DNA from: Octopus bimaculoides
Taxonomy: Eukaryota
NCBI RefSeq assembly: GCF_001194135.2
Contig: NC_068981.1
Span: 4,264,226 to 4,322,486 of the forward strand
Length of the DNA: 58,261 nt
Reading direction: 5' to 3'
Made by a program: the position numbers and the translations under genes. Within the stretch, counting starts at the first letter, position 1; every line of letters starts with the position of its first letter. Positions 28,775 to 41,400 of this stretch are shown here, piece after piece. The notes under the pieces were generated by a model. It saw only the letters and a program-made list of their open reading frames with translations. It was not told the origin of the DNA and did not search any database.

Positions 28775-31700
28775 CCTTGTTTTGATTCAATGTGAAGGTT
28801 GTAATTGAGTATCACTTTCATGCAAGTGGCGCTGGTTAGACCAGTCATTCAGGGAAAATGTCTGGCCAAGAGGAGAAGTATTATCTTGCTTGGAAACAGG
28901 TGAAGGTTGGTGACAGGAAGAGCATCCAACCATAGAGAGTCTGACTCATGCAAGCATGAAAAGTAGATGTTAAACTATGATGATGACGATTGCTTCAGGT
29001 GGATACTATGAGATCTCTTTGAATGTCTCTTTTAGGTTCCAACTTTTTGACAATACTTATAAAGACATAATAGAGATATTGGAATTTTGGGACCGCGTCT
29101 CATTGCAAGCCAAATATCCACTGAGTCCGTCAGAGAAATCTGAAGTGGAAGACGTTGGTGGCCATTCAGCGAAAAAGAATGTTCGAGTGAAAGGTAAGGC
29201 AATTACGTTTCAGATTTAAAGAGAATATCCCATTGTATTCATAGGTGTGTGTGTGTGTGTTTTAGATTTGCACACGGAGGAGGAGATGTGCCCTTTTGGG
29301 CCCTTCTAAATTGGGGACAGGAATAGCTTGGTGACGTTGATGTGATTCATCTTCAGTTTGGTCTTATCTTCTGAAGATTGGTGTTTGGAGAAAGACATAA
29401 TTGTGAGGAGTGTTTCGAGAGAACACAGGTCTAAGAAGGAAGAACTAAATAAATGGTTTTAGTTTGTGGGAGAAAACAGACTTGGGAATGAAAGAGAAGT
29501 AAACGAATTATCATCATCATCATCGTCACCATCACGATCGTGATAACCATCACCATCATCACCATCACCACCATTATCATCATCATCATTTCAATGTCTG
29601 TTTTCCATGCTGGCATGGGTTAGATGGTTTGACAGGATCCAGCAAGCCGGAGAGCTGCACCATGCTCCAGTTGTCTGTTGTGGTATGGTTTCTACAGCTG
29701 AATGTCCTTCCTCACTCTACAGAGTGTACTGGGTGCACCAGCACAGGTGCTTTTTTACACGGAACCAGAATGGAAACTTTTTATGTGGCATCAATGCAGG
29801 TGCTTTTCACATGATGTGACTGGACAATGAGGGGAAAAAAAGACAGACTAAGCAGGGGGAAAAACTTCAACATGCTTGGCCTAATAGATCACTTCCTGTA
29901 AAGCACCGGATGCCAGAATGTATAGTGTAATCTCACTTGACCTCACAGTCAGTACTCAGAGGTCAGAGGTCATGCACAACACTGACCTGCAGAAACCATA
30001 TGTGGAACCAATTGTCACTGTTGAAAGGGAAATCCTAAAGGTTGTTGACCAGTTCATGCTGATGATGATGATGATAGTGATGCTGATGAGGATGAGGATG
30101 ATGATGATGAGGCAGATGATGATGCTGATGAGGATGATGATGCTGATGCTTATGATGATGAAATACTGAACTTTGTATTGCTTTGTAATGGAAGAAAAAA
30201 ACGAAAACATTCATGACTGAAATCCTCTGCCTTTGTTTCAATTAAGTTTGAAAATGAAGAACTTAAGAAAGTAACTTTGTCCTGAATAAGCAAGTGTTTG
30301 AAATGTAAATTAAGATAAAATTTTGATGGAAGGATTTAATTTAGATTACATTAAAACAGATTTGATGTCATAAAAGCAGAGATGGTCATAGCTGGATTGG
30401 TAGCTAAAGGGTTAATAATCTTTTTTTTTTCTTATCTGAAAAGTGACATTAAATGCTTTTATTACTTAGTTCTAGAAATATCTGCTTAACTTAGACTATA
30501 AATGATGTTAGAGAAGAAAATGGTTTTAATTGCCAGTGACAACTGAACTTGTCGATATAATGTCCACAGACACTGATTATTGGTAATCCAGAAACACAGT
30601 GGAGTTCTTACATTATTTACATAATTGTCCTCATCTTGTTTGTTATTAACACAACGTTTCGGCTGATATACCCTCCAGCCTTCATCAAGTGTCTTGGTGA
30701 AATTTCAAACCTGGGTTCTCATTCCTAAGGTTAAGGAGCACGGGTTTGATTCCAGGCAGTGACCTCAATAATAATAATAATAATAATAATAGTAACATCA
30801 AAAAATACCTTAGGAATGAGAACCCAGGTTTGAAATTTCCCCAAGACACCTGATGAAGGCTGGAGAGTATATCAGTCGAAATGTTAACAAACAAGGTGAG
30901 GACAAATATCCGTCCAATGTAAATAATGTACATAATTCCTCATCTCTTAAATATAGAACTTTAGTTCCTGTCTTCTTATTTTCCTGTAGACAAATTCCGC
31001 GACTCAGAAAAGGAGAAAGAAAAGTTTCATGTAAGTTGAAGAATTTAATTAAATATCTTCCATTACTTGTCATTAATTCATAGCAGAATCAATCCAAGTT
31101 GAATAAGGTGGAATTGAGTTAAAAGTTTGCTCAGTGAATAAAGGCAATACTAAGATATTAATGGCCGGCTTGTGGAAGTATTGCATACTTAAAACTGTAG
31201 CATGGCTTTTCTGCTGTCATTCCTCTCCTTTTCCCTGTCCCTCTCCTTTTCCTCTCCCTCTCCTTTTCTTGTTTCTCTCCTTTCTCTGTTTCTCTCCTTT
31301 TCCTCTCCTTCTCCTTTTCTTGTCCCTCTTTTTTCCCTGTCCCTCTCCTTTTCCTGTTTCTCTCCTTTCTCTGTTCCTCTCCTTTTCTTGTTCCTCTCCT
31401 TTTCTTGTCCCTCTTTTTTCCCTGTCCCTCTCCTTTTCCTGTTTCTCTCCTTGGTCTGTTTTCCCCAGGTTACTGAGTGTTCTTTATATTTACTATGTAC
31501 AAGGCACCCTACCTTGCATTGGTGTTATGCACTCTCTACATATGAAGGGTAAGAAAGGTTGCTTCTCAAATGCAGGTGCCATGGAAAATATAAAGTGGTT
31601 GGCGACAGGAAGGGCATCCAACCATAGTTGACGCAGAAGCTCTGTACAGCCCATCAAACCATCCGAATCATGGCAGCATGCTGCTGCTGATGAGACGAGG

Positions 31701-33722
31701 GTGATTGTCTGCTACATCAAGCATATTGGCTGACCATGCAGAGGCTCTCTCATTGTGATTTTACCTTTTCTTCTTCGTTTAGTGTCAGCAGAATAAAATG
31801 TTAGCAAGAAACAAAGTAATGGCCAGCCGTAAGGGAGGGCGAGGGTAAAGAATGTGGGGTTGACGGGATGCTGTTCCTCGTTACACAAGCATCATGATGG
31901 TGGGGAGGTAGAAGAGTGATGAAAGGCGGGAATTAAACAGGGACTGACCTAATGAGTGTGTGGTAGAGTTCATCAGGGAGAAGGTGAGTGGTAGATGGAA
32001 GGTTAATGAAGAAGAGCAGTAGAGAGAGAGAGAGAGAATTAACCAATATTAAAGCAAATACGGAAAATCTAACCCCTAAATTCCACCACCATCTTTATTA
32101 GCATTACTGTTATAGACCCTACTATTACCACCTCCAACCCTCCACCAATTTTTATCCTCCTCCTCACTCTCAGCTCTACTCTGACAGATTCCTCCATCAT
32201 CATCATCACGATTATCACCTCTGTGAAGGCTTGTGGCTTAGTGGTTAGGGTACTGGGCTCATGGTCGTGAAGTTGTGAGTTCGATTCCCGGCTGTGCATT
32301 GCATCCTTCAGCTGGCAAAAATGAATTGTACCCATAATTCAAAGGGCCACATTGACACACTCTATGTCATGCCAAATCTAACTGAGAATTACATTAAGGG
32401 TATATGTGTCTGTGCAGTACTCAACCACTTTCATGTTAATCTCACAAGCAGGCTGTTCCATCAATTGGATGAACTGGAACCTTCATCGTCATAACTGACA
32501 GAGTGCCATTTTTTTTATTATCACCACCACCACCACCACCACCACCACCGCTACTGCCACTGCCACCACAATCCCACCCTTCTGTTTTTCTTGAAGAAAA
32601 CTCATTTTCTGACCTTGGAATATTCCATTCTCTGATGCATATCTTATTTCAATTTCTAGCCATCGGTCACACACTTGGAAAAGAAATGTTCTGCGATTTA
32701 CATTTCTATAGATGAACCTGAAGTCAATAAAGAAAAGGTCGATCCTTCTCTTGGAGTTCCTCACATCCTCATTGAATGTACCGAAACTGAAACATCCTAT
32801 CTCAATCAAATCTTGAATAGCAGCAAACTTCCAGTTGTTACTGAAGTAAGTTCCATTGTTTGAAATATTAAAATTGTGTAATTCTTGTGTTTTTTCTCTT
32901 CTCCCTGTTTTTAAACTACAACAACAACAAAAATCTATAAATTTAAATCTTTTTGTTCATGCGGAATTGTTTTTACCCTTTCGTTGCCTTATTTCTGTTG
33001 GAATCCATTTCGTTTGTTTCGGTTAATTTAAGCAAATAATCTTTCATCTTTTACTTGTTTCAGTCATTAGACTGTGGCCATGCTGGGGCACCACTTTTGA
33101 GAATTTCACTTGAATGAATCAACCCCAGTACTTATCTTCTTTTTAATCTCAGGAACTTAGTCAGTTGGTCTGTTTTGCTGAACTGCTAAGTTACAGGGAC
33201 GTAAATACATCAACAAGCAGTGGTTGGATGCAAGCACACACACACACATACGCACATGATGGGCTTCTTTCAGTTTCCATCTACCAAATCCACTCATAAG
33301 GCTTTGGTTGGCCCAAAGCTATAGTAGAAGACACTTATCCATGGTACCATGCAGTGGGACTGAACCTGGAAACATGTGATTGGAAAGCAAATTTCTTATC
33401 ACACAGCCACAAAACTTATTGAAATAATTTTGACATTGTTAAACAGTTTTTTCTGGAATTTGGAACATAAATTAGTATGAAATTTTGAGGGAAAATTCTA
33501 ATTTAGATTACATTAAAACTGGAAGTTTGTATTATGGATCCAAGGAGGTCTTAGCCGGATGGGTGTGTGGGTTGGTTAGTTGGTATGAAAAGGGTTAGAT
33601 TAATTTTTGGTGTAGTTGTGAATAAGAACTTAGAAAGAAACAGGTTCCCTATACAGACTTACATCTATCAAATGGAAACAGGAACTGAAATCTGTTTCAG
33701 CCATTGCCATGGTTACTTCAAC

Positions 33723-33756
<34 letters not shown>

Positions 33757-35214
33757 GTTGTTTAACGTCTGCTTTCTATGCTGGCATGGGTTGGACTGTT
33801 TGACTGAGGACTGGTGAGCCAGATGACTGCACCAAGCTCAATCTGATCTCAATCTGATCAAAGTTTGGAATTTGGATTCATTAACTGTAAATTACTGCTA
33901 CCTCCATTATGTCATCAACTTGCCCCTCTCCTCAAAATTGTTGGCATTGTACCATAGTTAGAAAGAATTATTATTAACTGCCTGATTGGCACTCGTGCCA
34001 GTGGAACGTTGTTTCAGTATTTGTAAATCTCAGAAACTTATAAACAGTGGAGGTGAGTGGTTAGGGTTAGGGTTAGGGTTAGGGTTAGTGGTTAGGGTGT
34101 TGGGCTTACAATCCTAAGATTGTGGTTTCAATTCCTGGACCAGGCTGTGTGTTGTGTTCTTGTGTTCACGTTGCTCCAGTCCACTCAGCTGGCCAAATTG
34201 AGTTATCCTGCAATGGACCTGTGTCCTGTCCAGGGGGAGCAAATATATGCCATGAAAACCTGGAAACCATCCCTATGACTAGGGAAGGAACTTCACTTTT
34301 CTTTTTCACATGATAAACGTTCCTGCTATTTCTGTCAGGAGCGGTCAACAACAAGTGAACAAAGGTCCCTTACTGCTTTCTCTCCTCTGCCTTACATAAA
34401 CAAGACTTTTCTCAAAAATCCTTCTGCATGACCTGTAACCTTGCATCAATTCAAATTTAGTCACACAGTTCTCGAATCTGTCCGTTACGCTCTGATAATC
34501 ATTGGAATCACTAAACTCATCTTCATCTTCCACAACTTTCCAGCCTCCTTCTTCTCCATTTTTCCATGCTCTTTATCTTGCACCTTACCATCCTCTGGGA
34601 TAGAGATATTGATAATCTGGGCCCCTTTTTTTTCTTTCTTGTTGGTGACTACATTGTCTGGCCTTCTTGCCTCAATCATTCCATATCACATTGAATGGTG
34701 AAGTCTCACAAAAGCTTAAATGTGTCATTCTCTAACACTCCTGATTTCTGCTCATGCCACTTAGCTCTGACAATTCCACATTTCCCAGAGATCATCCAGT
34801 GGATATATCTGGCAACACTATCGAGTCATCTTTTGCACCTTCACTCTGCCAACTTTCACAACAATATCTGGCTTATTTGCCAATCTGTACATACTGGAAA
34901 GTTCCAAAGAATAATTACATTTTCTCCCTCAGTTACAGCCTCAGGGTGGTGTTTGTACCATTTGTCAGCAGTTTTATTATCATCATCATCATCATTATCA
35001 TTAAGGCAGTGAGCTGGCAGAATCATTAGGATGTCAGGCAAATGCTTAGCAGTATTTCGCCTGTCCTTACGTTCTGAGTTCAAATTCCACCGAGGTCCAC
35101 TTTGCCTTTCATCCTTTCGGGGTTGATAACGTAAGTACCAGTGAAACACTGGGGTCAATGTAATCGGCTAGTCCCCTCCCCCAAATTTCAGGCCTTGTGC
35201 CTATAGTAGAAAGG

Positions 35215-35250
<36 letters not shown>

Positions 35251-35402
35251 TAGTAGTCTTATTTTTATCATGTGCTTTCACTGCACTACCAAGCACAGCT
35301 CTGAATGCCTTGGGTATGTGCTGTGGTTTGTTGTGCTGCTCTTATTTTTACTGTATTGAATGTGTTTTACGTGTGCAGTGCTTGGTGGGGCTATTTTCTG
35401 TG

Positions 35403-35452
<50 letters not shown>

Positions 35453-38400
35453 GGGTGGCAAGCTGGCTGAATCGTTAACATGCTGGGCAAAATGTTTAGT
35501 GGTATTTCCTCGGTTGCTGCATTCTGAGTTCAAATTCCACTGAGATCGAGTTTGCCTTTCATCATTTCAGGGTCGATAAATTAAGTACCAGTTGAGTACT
35601 GGGGGTCAATGTAAGTGGTTGCCACTGTTAGGAAGGGCATCCAACCATGGGAACCAAGCCAAAGCCAGATGGCAGAGCTTGGTGCAGTCTTCTGACTTGC
35701 CAATTCCTGTTAAACCATCCAACCCATACCAGCGTGGAAAGAGGGCATTAAATCATGATGATGGTGATGATGATTAGGGCAGCAAACCAGTAGAATTCTT
35801 AGAGCATTAGGAAAATACTTTGCAGCATTTATTCCTACTCACCATGTTCTGAGTTCAAATTCCATGGTGAGAGTCAACTTTGCTTTCATTCCTCTTGGCT
35901 TGATAAAAGAAAATACCAGTCAAATACTGAGGTTGATGGTACTGACCAAAGCCCCTCCCCTCAAAAGTCCCCAAAATATAAAACTGTTATTATTGTTTTT
36001 GCTGACATTTTCTTAGTTTAATGTTTACAAATTTTACATTCTATTTTGTTAGGTTTTAGATGGCCTGGGTTTAGGCCCCAAAGGTCCACCTATACCACCC
36101 CCATCTACATTTGCTGTTGTACAATACCCAGTGAAGAGAAAACCTCCAGCTGGGGCTGATATATTGAAACAATACATATTTGTGGCCTCTTCTCCTTCAG
36201 ATCCGTAAGTATGGTTTACAATAGAATATAACTGAAAGAAAATGCAATTATGTATGTGTGTGTGTATCTGTATGTATGTACACACACACACACGTGTGTA
36301 TCATCATCATTTAACATCAGTATCCCTTACTGGTCTTGGGTTGGCTGGTTTCACAAAAGCTGGTAAGGCCAGGTGGGGCCACACCAGATTCCATTTGTTG
36401 TGGCATGGTTTCTGCAGCTGGATATCCTTCTTAATGTCAGCCACTTGACAGAGTGTACAAGGTGCTTTTTACGTAACACCAATACCAATGCTTTTCAAAT
36501 GGTGCTATCACCAGTGCTTTTTACATGATGACACCGTCGCTGGTGCTTTTTACGTGGCACCCTCACCAGTGCTTTTTACATGGTACCATCACCAGTACTT
36601 TTTATGCGGAGCCATTGCCAGTACTTTTTATGTAGAACCATCACCATTGCTTTTTTATGTGGCACCATCACCAGTGTTTTTTATGTGGCACCATCACCAG
36701 TGTTTTTTATGTGGCACCATCATCATTGCTTTTTCTATGGCACTGAAGAAATTGAATTCCTAGAAAAACTTAATGTTGTTTGTGACCTAGCAGATCTTAT
36801 ATCTTCAGTTTTTAATGACATCCAACAAGAATGTGTTGCTGAGCATGTGGTAGATTTTAGCCTAAAAAGTGTCCATATTGTTTTTGTCGTCATGGAGATA
36901 CTGGACCAGTGTCTGCAAGCTGTTGTTCAGTCATGATAGATGTTTAAAAGCCTCAGGCCGACCAAAGCCTTGTGAGTGGATTTAGTGGAAGGAAACTGAA
37001 AGAAGCCTGTCATCATCATCATCATCATCATCGTTTAACGTCCGCTTTCCATGCTAGCATGGGTTGGACGATTTGACTGAGGACTGGTGAAACCGGATGG
37101 CAACACCAGGCTCCAGTCTAATTTGGCAGAGTTTCTACAGCTGGATGCCCTTCCTAACGCCAACCACTCCGAGTGTGTAGTGGGTGCTTTTACGTGTCAC
37201 CCGCACGAAAACGGCCACGCTCGAAATGGTGTCTTTTATGTGCCACCCGCACAAGCCAGTCCAGGGGCACTGGCAACGATCTCGCTCGAAAATCCTACGG
37301 GAGCNNNNNNNNNNNNNNNNNNNNNNNNNNNNNNNNNNNNNNNNNNNNNNNNNNNNNNNNNNNNNNNNNNNNNNNNNNNNNNNNNNNNNNNNNNNNNNNN
37401 NNNNNNNNNNNNNNNNNNNNNNNNNNNNNNNNNNNNNNNNNNNNNNNNNNNNNNNNNNNNNNNNNNNNNNNNNNNNNNNNNNNNNNNNNNNNNNNNNNNN
37501 NNNNNNNNNNNNNNNNNNNNNNNNNNNNNNNNNNNNNNNNNNNNNNNNNNNNNNNNNNNNNNNNNNNNNNNNNNNNNNNNNNNNNNNNNNNNNNNNNNNN
37601 NNNNNNNNNNNNNNNNNNNNNNNNNNNNNNNNNNNNNNNNNNNNNNNNNNNNNNNNNNNNNNNNNNNNNNNNNNNNNNNNNNNNNNNNNNNNNNNNNNNN
37701 NNNNNNNNNNNNNNNNNNNNNNNNNNNNNNNNNNNNNNNNNNNNNNNNNNNNNNNNNNNNNNNNNNNNNNNNNNNNNNNNNNNNNNNNNNNNNNNNNNNN
37801 NNNNNNNNNNNNNNNNNNNNNNNNNNNNNNNNNNNNNNNNNNNNNNNNNNNNNNNNNNNNNNNNNNNNNNNNNNNNNNNNNNNNNNNNNNNNNNNNNNNN
37901 NNNNNNNNNNNNNNNNNNNNNNNNNNNNNNNNNNNNNNNNNNNNNNNNNNNNNNNNNNNNNNNNNNNNNNNNNNNNNNNNCGATTCAGTGTGTAGTGTTA
38001 AGTTGGTGGTTACGAACAATACAATACCATAAAAAGACATACACAGATATTCATGTAAAAAAGTAAGAATACATACACACACACACACACACACATGGGT
38101 GTGTATGATTGTGTATATATATATGTATATGCTAGATTGGATTGGGGTCTGGTGCAGCCATCTGGTTTGCCAGCCCTCGGTCAAACCATCCAACCCATGC
38201 CAGCATGGAAAGCGGACGTTAAATGATGATGATGATGATGCTTGTGTGTCTGTGTTTGTCCTCCCACCATCACTTGACAACCGATGTTGGTGTGTTTGCA
38301 TCCACATAATCTAGTGGTTTGGCAAAAGAGACTGATAGAAATTTGGTGGGTTTACAAAGAATAAGTCTGGGGTCGATTTGTTTGACTAAAGGCAGTGCTC

Positions 38401-41400
38401 CAACATGGCTGCAGTCAAATGACTGAAACAAGTAAAAGAATAAAAGAATAGCCATGGTGAAAATATTACATTGCTTAAATACAGGTGAAGGTTGGTGACA
38501 GGAAAGGCATTCAGCCATAGAGAGTCTGCCTTACTAGACTCTGATCCATGAGAGCATGGAAAGTCGACATTGAAACGATGGTGATGATGATGGTGATGAT
38601 GATGATGATATCTGCACAAAAAAAGTTAATATTTTGAAACACTGATATTTACTTAAATTTATTCTTTCAAAATCAATGTTGAAGTCTATCTACCAATGTT
38701 GTAAATTACTGTATTCTACTTGTTTTATGTTCAAGTTGATCAGATCTGGCCTCTCACACCTGCCCAACAATGTCATTCTAAAGAAGACATTCACATCATT
38801 GGAATTTCAAAGCGATGAGATCATTGATGAATTCAAAACAACATGGCAGCCCTGTTGGTGCCAGTGCCATGGAAGAAGCACACAGGACACTCTGTGAAGT
38901 GGTTTGCATATTAGGAAAGGTATTAAGCTGTAGAAACCTTGCCAAAAAGAGAAATGGAGTTTGGTGCAGCTCCTGTCAAACTGTCCAACCCATGCCAGCA
39001 GGGAAAACGGATGTGAAATGATGATGATGATGATGAATGGATAAATAGGCTTACATTTGACAAGTGTAATCTGAATTAGAAAATTACTATTTTTGAATCT
39101 CACGTGATATATTCAACAACAGTACTTTGTAGTAAAAATTGTTTGCCAACATAACATGGCAGTCCTGGTTTAGGACGAATGTTGCTGTAATTTAGCCCTA
39201 GGAGACATTGTTTCCAGCTGGCTATACGACACGATCTGTGTCCTGGGGCTAAATTACAGCAACATTCATCCTAAACAAGGACTGCCATGTTATGTTGGCA
39301 AACAATTTTTATTGTAATCTGATTGTTTAAGATTAATACAAATCTCCATTTTATTTAAACAAATAGAAACATTGGCTTTGAGGAAAAGTCTAAAGAATCT
39401 GATTTTGAAGAAGTTCAGGTTATTGAGAAAGAGAAAGGAGAGCGAACGACCCAGACCAGTCGATCGAAAACAAAAGCTGACAAAACAAAACTTTCCTCAG
39501 ATTCTGCGAAACGAAGAAGTGCAGAGAAGAAAAAATCATCCCATCGTCTGTCACAGTTTGCTATTCCTTCTCCATTGTTTGGAGTCAGTTCACCTGGCTC
39601 TGATGATATTTTCAGGTATTGTGGTGTTTCTGTATTAAATTCTGGACGATTTAACCTTTTTTGCTTGGTTTGGTTTGGTGGAAGGTCTTTTGCTTCTGGC
39701 CCCTTCATGATCCCTACAGGCCTGCAGAACCACCTGCATCCCCTGCTAAAACCACTATAAATCCTCATGGCTGCTACTGGCCCCGTTGACCTCTGCAGGT
39801 TCTCATAGCCTCTGCAAACCCTCATGGCCATTGCAGGTCCTTGTGGTCCTTGCAGGCCCTCATAGCTACTGCAAGACCCTACACCAGGGACATTGGTACA
39901 TATTGTTTTCTTTAGACAATGCCTATTGCTGACTGCAGGAAAAAACAGAAGGTAGAATAAAGTCCTTGGGGTGTTTGTTCTGGTTCTGTATGATATGAGT
40001 TCAAATCCCACAGAGGCCAACTATGCTCTTCTCCTTTTGTAGGTCACTAAAATACAGTACCAGTCAAGAACTTGGATCCATGCAATCAACTCACCCCCAC
40101 CTGTCAAAAATTGTTGGCCTTGTACCGAAATCAAAAGCCATTCTTGTTGTTGCTGTTATTAAGGCGGCAAGCTGCAGAATCATTAGCATGCTGGACAAAA
40201 TGCTTAATAACATTTCATCCGTTGGCATTTCGTCCATCCTTTTGTTCTGAGTTCAAATTCCGCCAAGCTCGACTTTGTCTTTCATCGGGGGGTGGGGGTG
40301 GGGGTGGGGTGAAATAAGCTTAGCGAAGGTGGAGGTATTGTTTTCAGTCGTGTATGTTTGTTTGTTTGTTTGTCCATGGACAACATATCTCAAGAACCGC
40401 TGGATGGATTCAAATGAAACTTTCAGGACTGTTTGGCCTTGTGACTAGCACAAACTGCTTAGGTTTATGGATCGATCTGGTACCGGACAAGGATTCTGGA
40501 TTATTTTTCCTGTTTTTTTACTTAATTTTTGAGAGCAGTCAGGTTCATTAATATTAAATATTATACATACATATTAACACTTTGCAGTATACTTACTTAT
40601 ATACATACATCTATACATCAATCTAAAACAACAGGAATACTAAAGGAAGGCCGGAATTTAAGAGAAGAGAAAGCCAAAAGGTCTCATTCTGTTCATTTAA
40701 AAATTCCTGAGTAGAACTTATAATTATTACCTTCTCCTTTGAAACTATTTTGAATGGTGAATTTGTTAACTTTGGCTTGTATTAGATAAGGATAAACTAT
40801 TTATTACTGTTACTAAATTTACTTATTTCTTTATTGCCCATAAGTGGCTAAACATAGACGGGGACAAACAAGGACAGACAAAGGGATTAAGTCGATTAGA
40901 TCGACTCCAGATGAAATACTGCTAAGCACTTTGCCCGGTGCGCTAACGTTTCTGCCAGCTTGGCACCTTGTTACTAAATTTTCTACACCCACCTTCACAT
41001 TCCATGACTACCACTGGGATTGACCAGGTACTGGACAAGGATTCTGGATTATTTTGCCAGTTTTTTTACTTAATTTTTGAGAGCAGTCGAGTTCATTTTT
41101 AGTATTCTCGTTTGTGTGAGCAGTCGAGTTTATTTCAGATATTCTCATTCTAAAAACATCTCCAGCTAATCATTGAGAGGAGGTTGGTGTTGCCTTGGCG
41201 GAGGTTTGTGCTCTCTGAGTGCTCTTGTTATTACTGTCGCACAGTATCCAATATCGTGATGTTGTTGATTGAAGATATTGTGTCTACCTGAGGTTTGTAA
41301 TGTTTGTCAAGTCACAACAAGGACCACACACACGCAGTACTTTATGCCATATGTGTGCTGTTCCAAGTAATGCTGATTTTTTGCAATCCACCTAGATTGT

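Larger units (their letters stand above)
30610..30960. mobile_element. Inverted (head-to-head) pair of the same PLE 3' terminus
   Basis: 30610-30730 is the reverse complement of about 30808-30930. The right arm starts in the tRNA-like module (ttaaggagcacggg, tttgattccaggcagtgacc) and carries the tail cataattcctcatctcttaaatatagaac. Confidence 0.85.

Noticed and set aside
29918-30169. Protein-like ORF MYSVISLDL...
   Set aside because: It ends in a (GAT)n microsatellite, has no usable donor and no HYDIN similarity, and is not needed for frame continuity.
31134-31631. 165-aa and 116-aa F/L/S/P-rich ORFs
   Set aside because: They are translations of a pyrimidine-rich tandem repeat.
34061-34097. 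True chromosome end or telomere
   Set aside because: Only about five units, intronic and embedded in a SINE head.
36460-36740. Regularly spaced ~22-bp direct repeats resembling a CRISPR array
   Set aside because: There are no unique spacers. It is a tandem expansion of the gtgctttttacgtggcacc motif inside family A, in eukaryotic context without cas genes.
36740-36936. Stop-free stretch EFLEKLNVVCDLADL...
   Set aside because: No recognisable homology or splice sites. Probably a decayed repeat fragment.
37087-38307. Long ORFs of 280-390 aa in the track (also 19155-19893, 44898-45977, 48519-48911)
   Set aside because: They run through N gaps. The readable parts are SINE or microsatellite sequence.
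39616-39625. Donor starting gtat, possible U12-type intron (also 26289)
   Set aside because: The sequences are gtattgtg and gtatgttc, not the GTATCCTT minor-intron consensus.
39415-40020. 201-aa minus-strand ORF
   Set aside because: It is antisense to a HYDIN exon plus a short degenerate repeat, with no recognisable domain.
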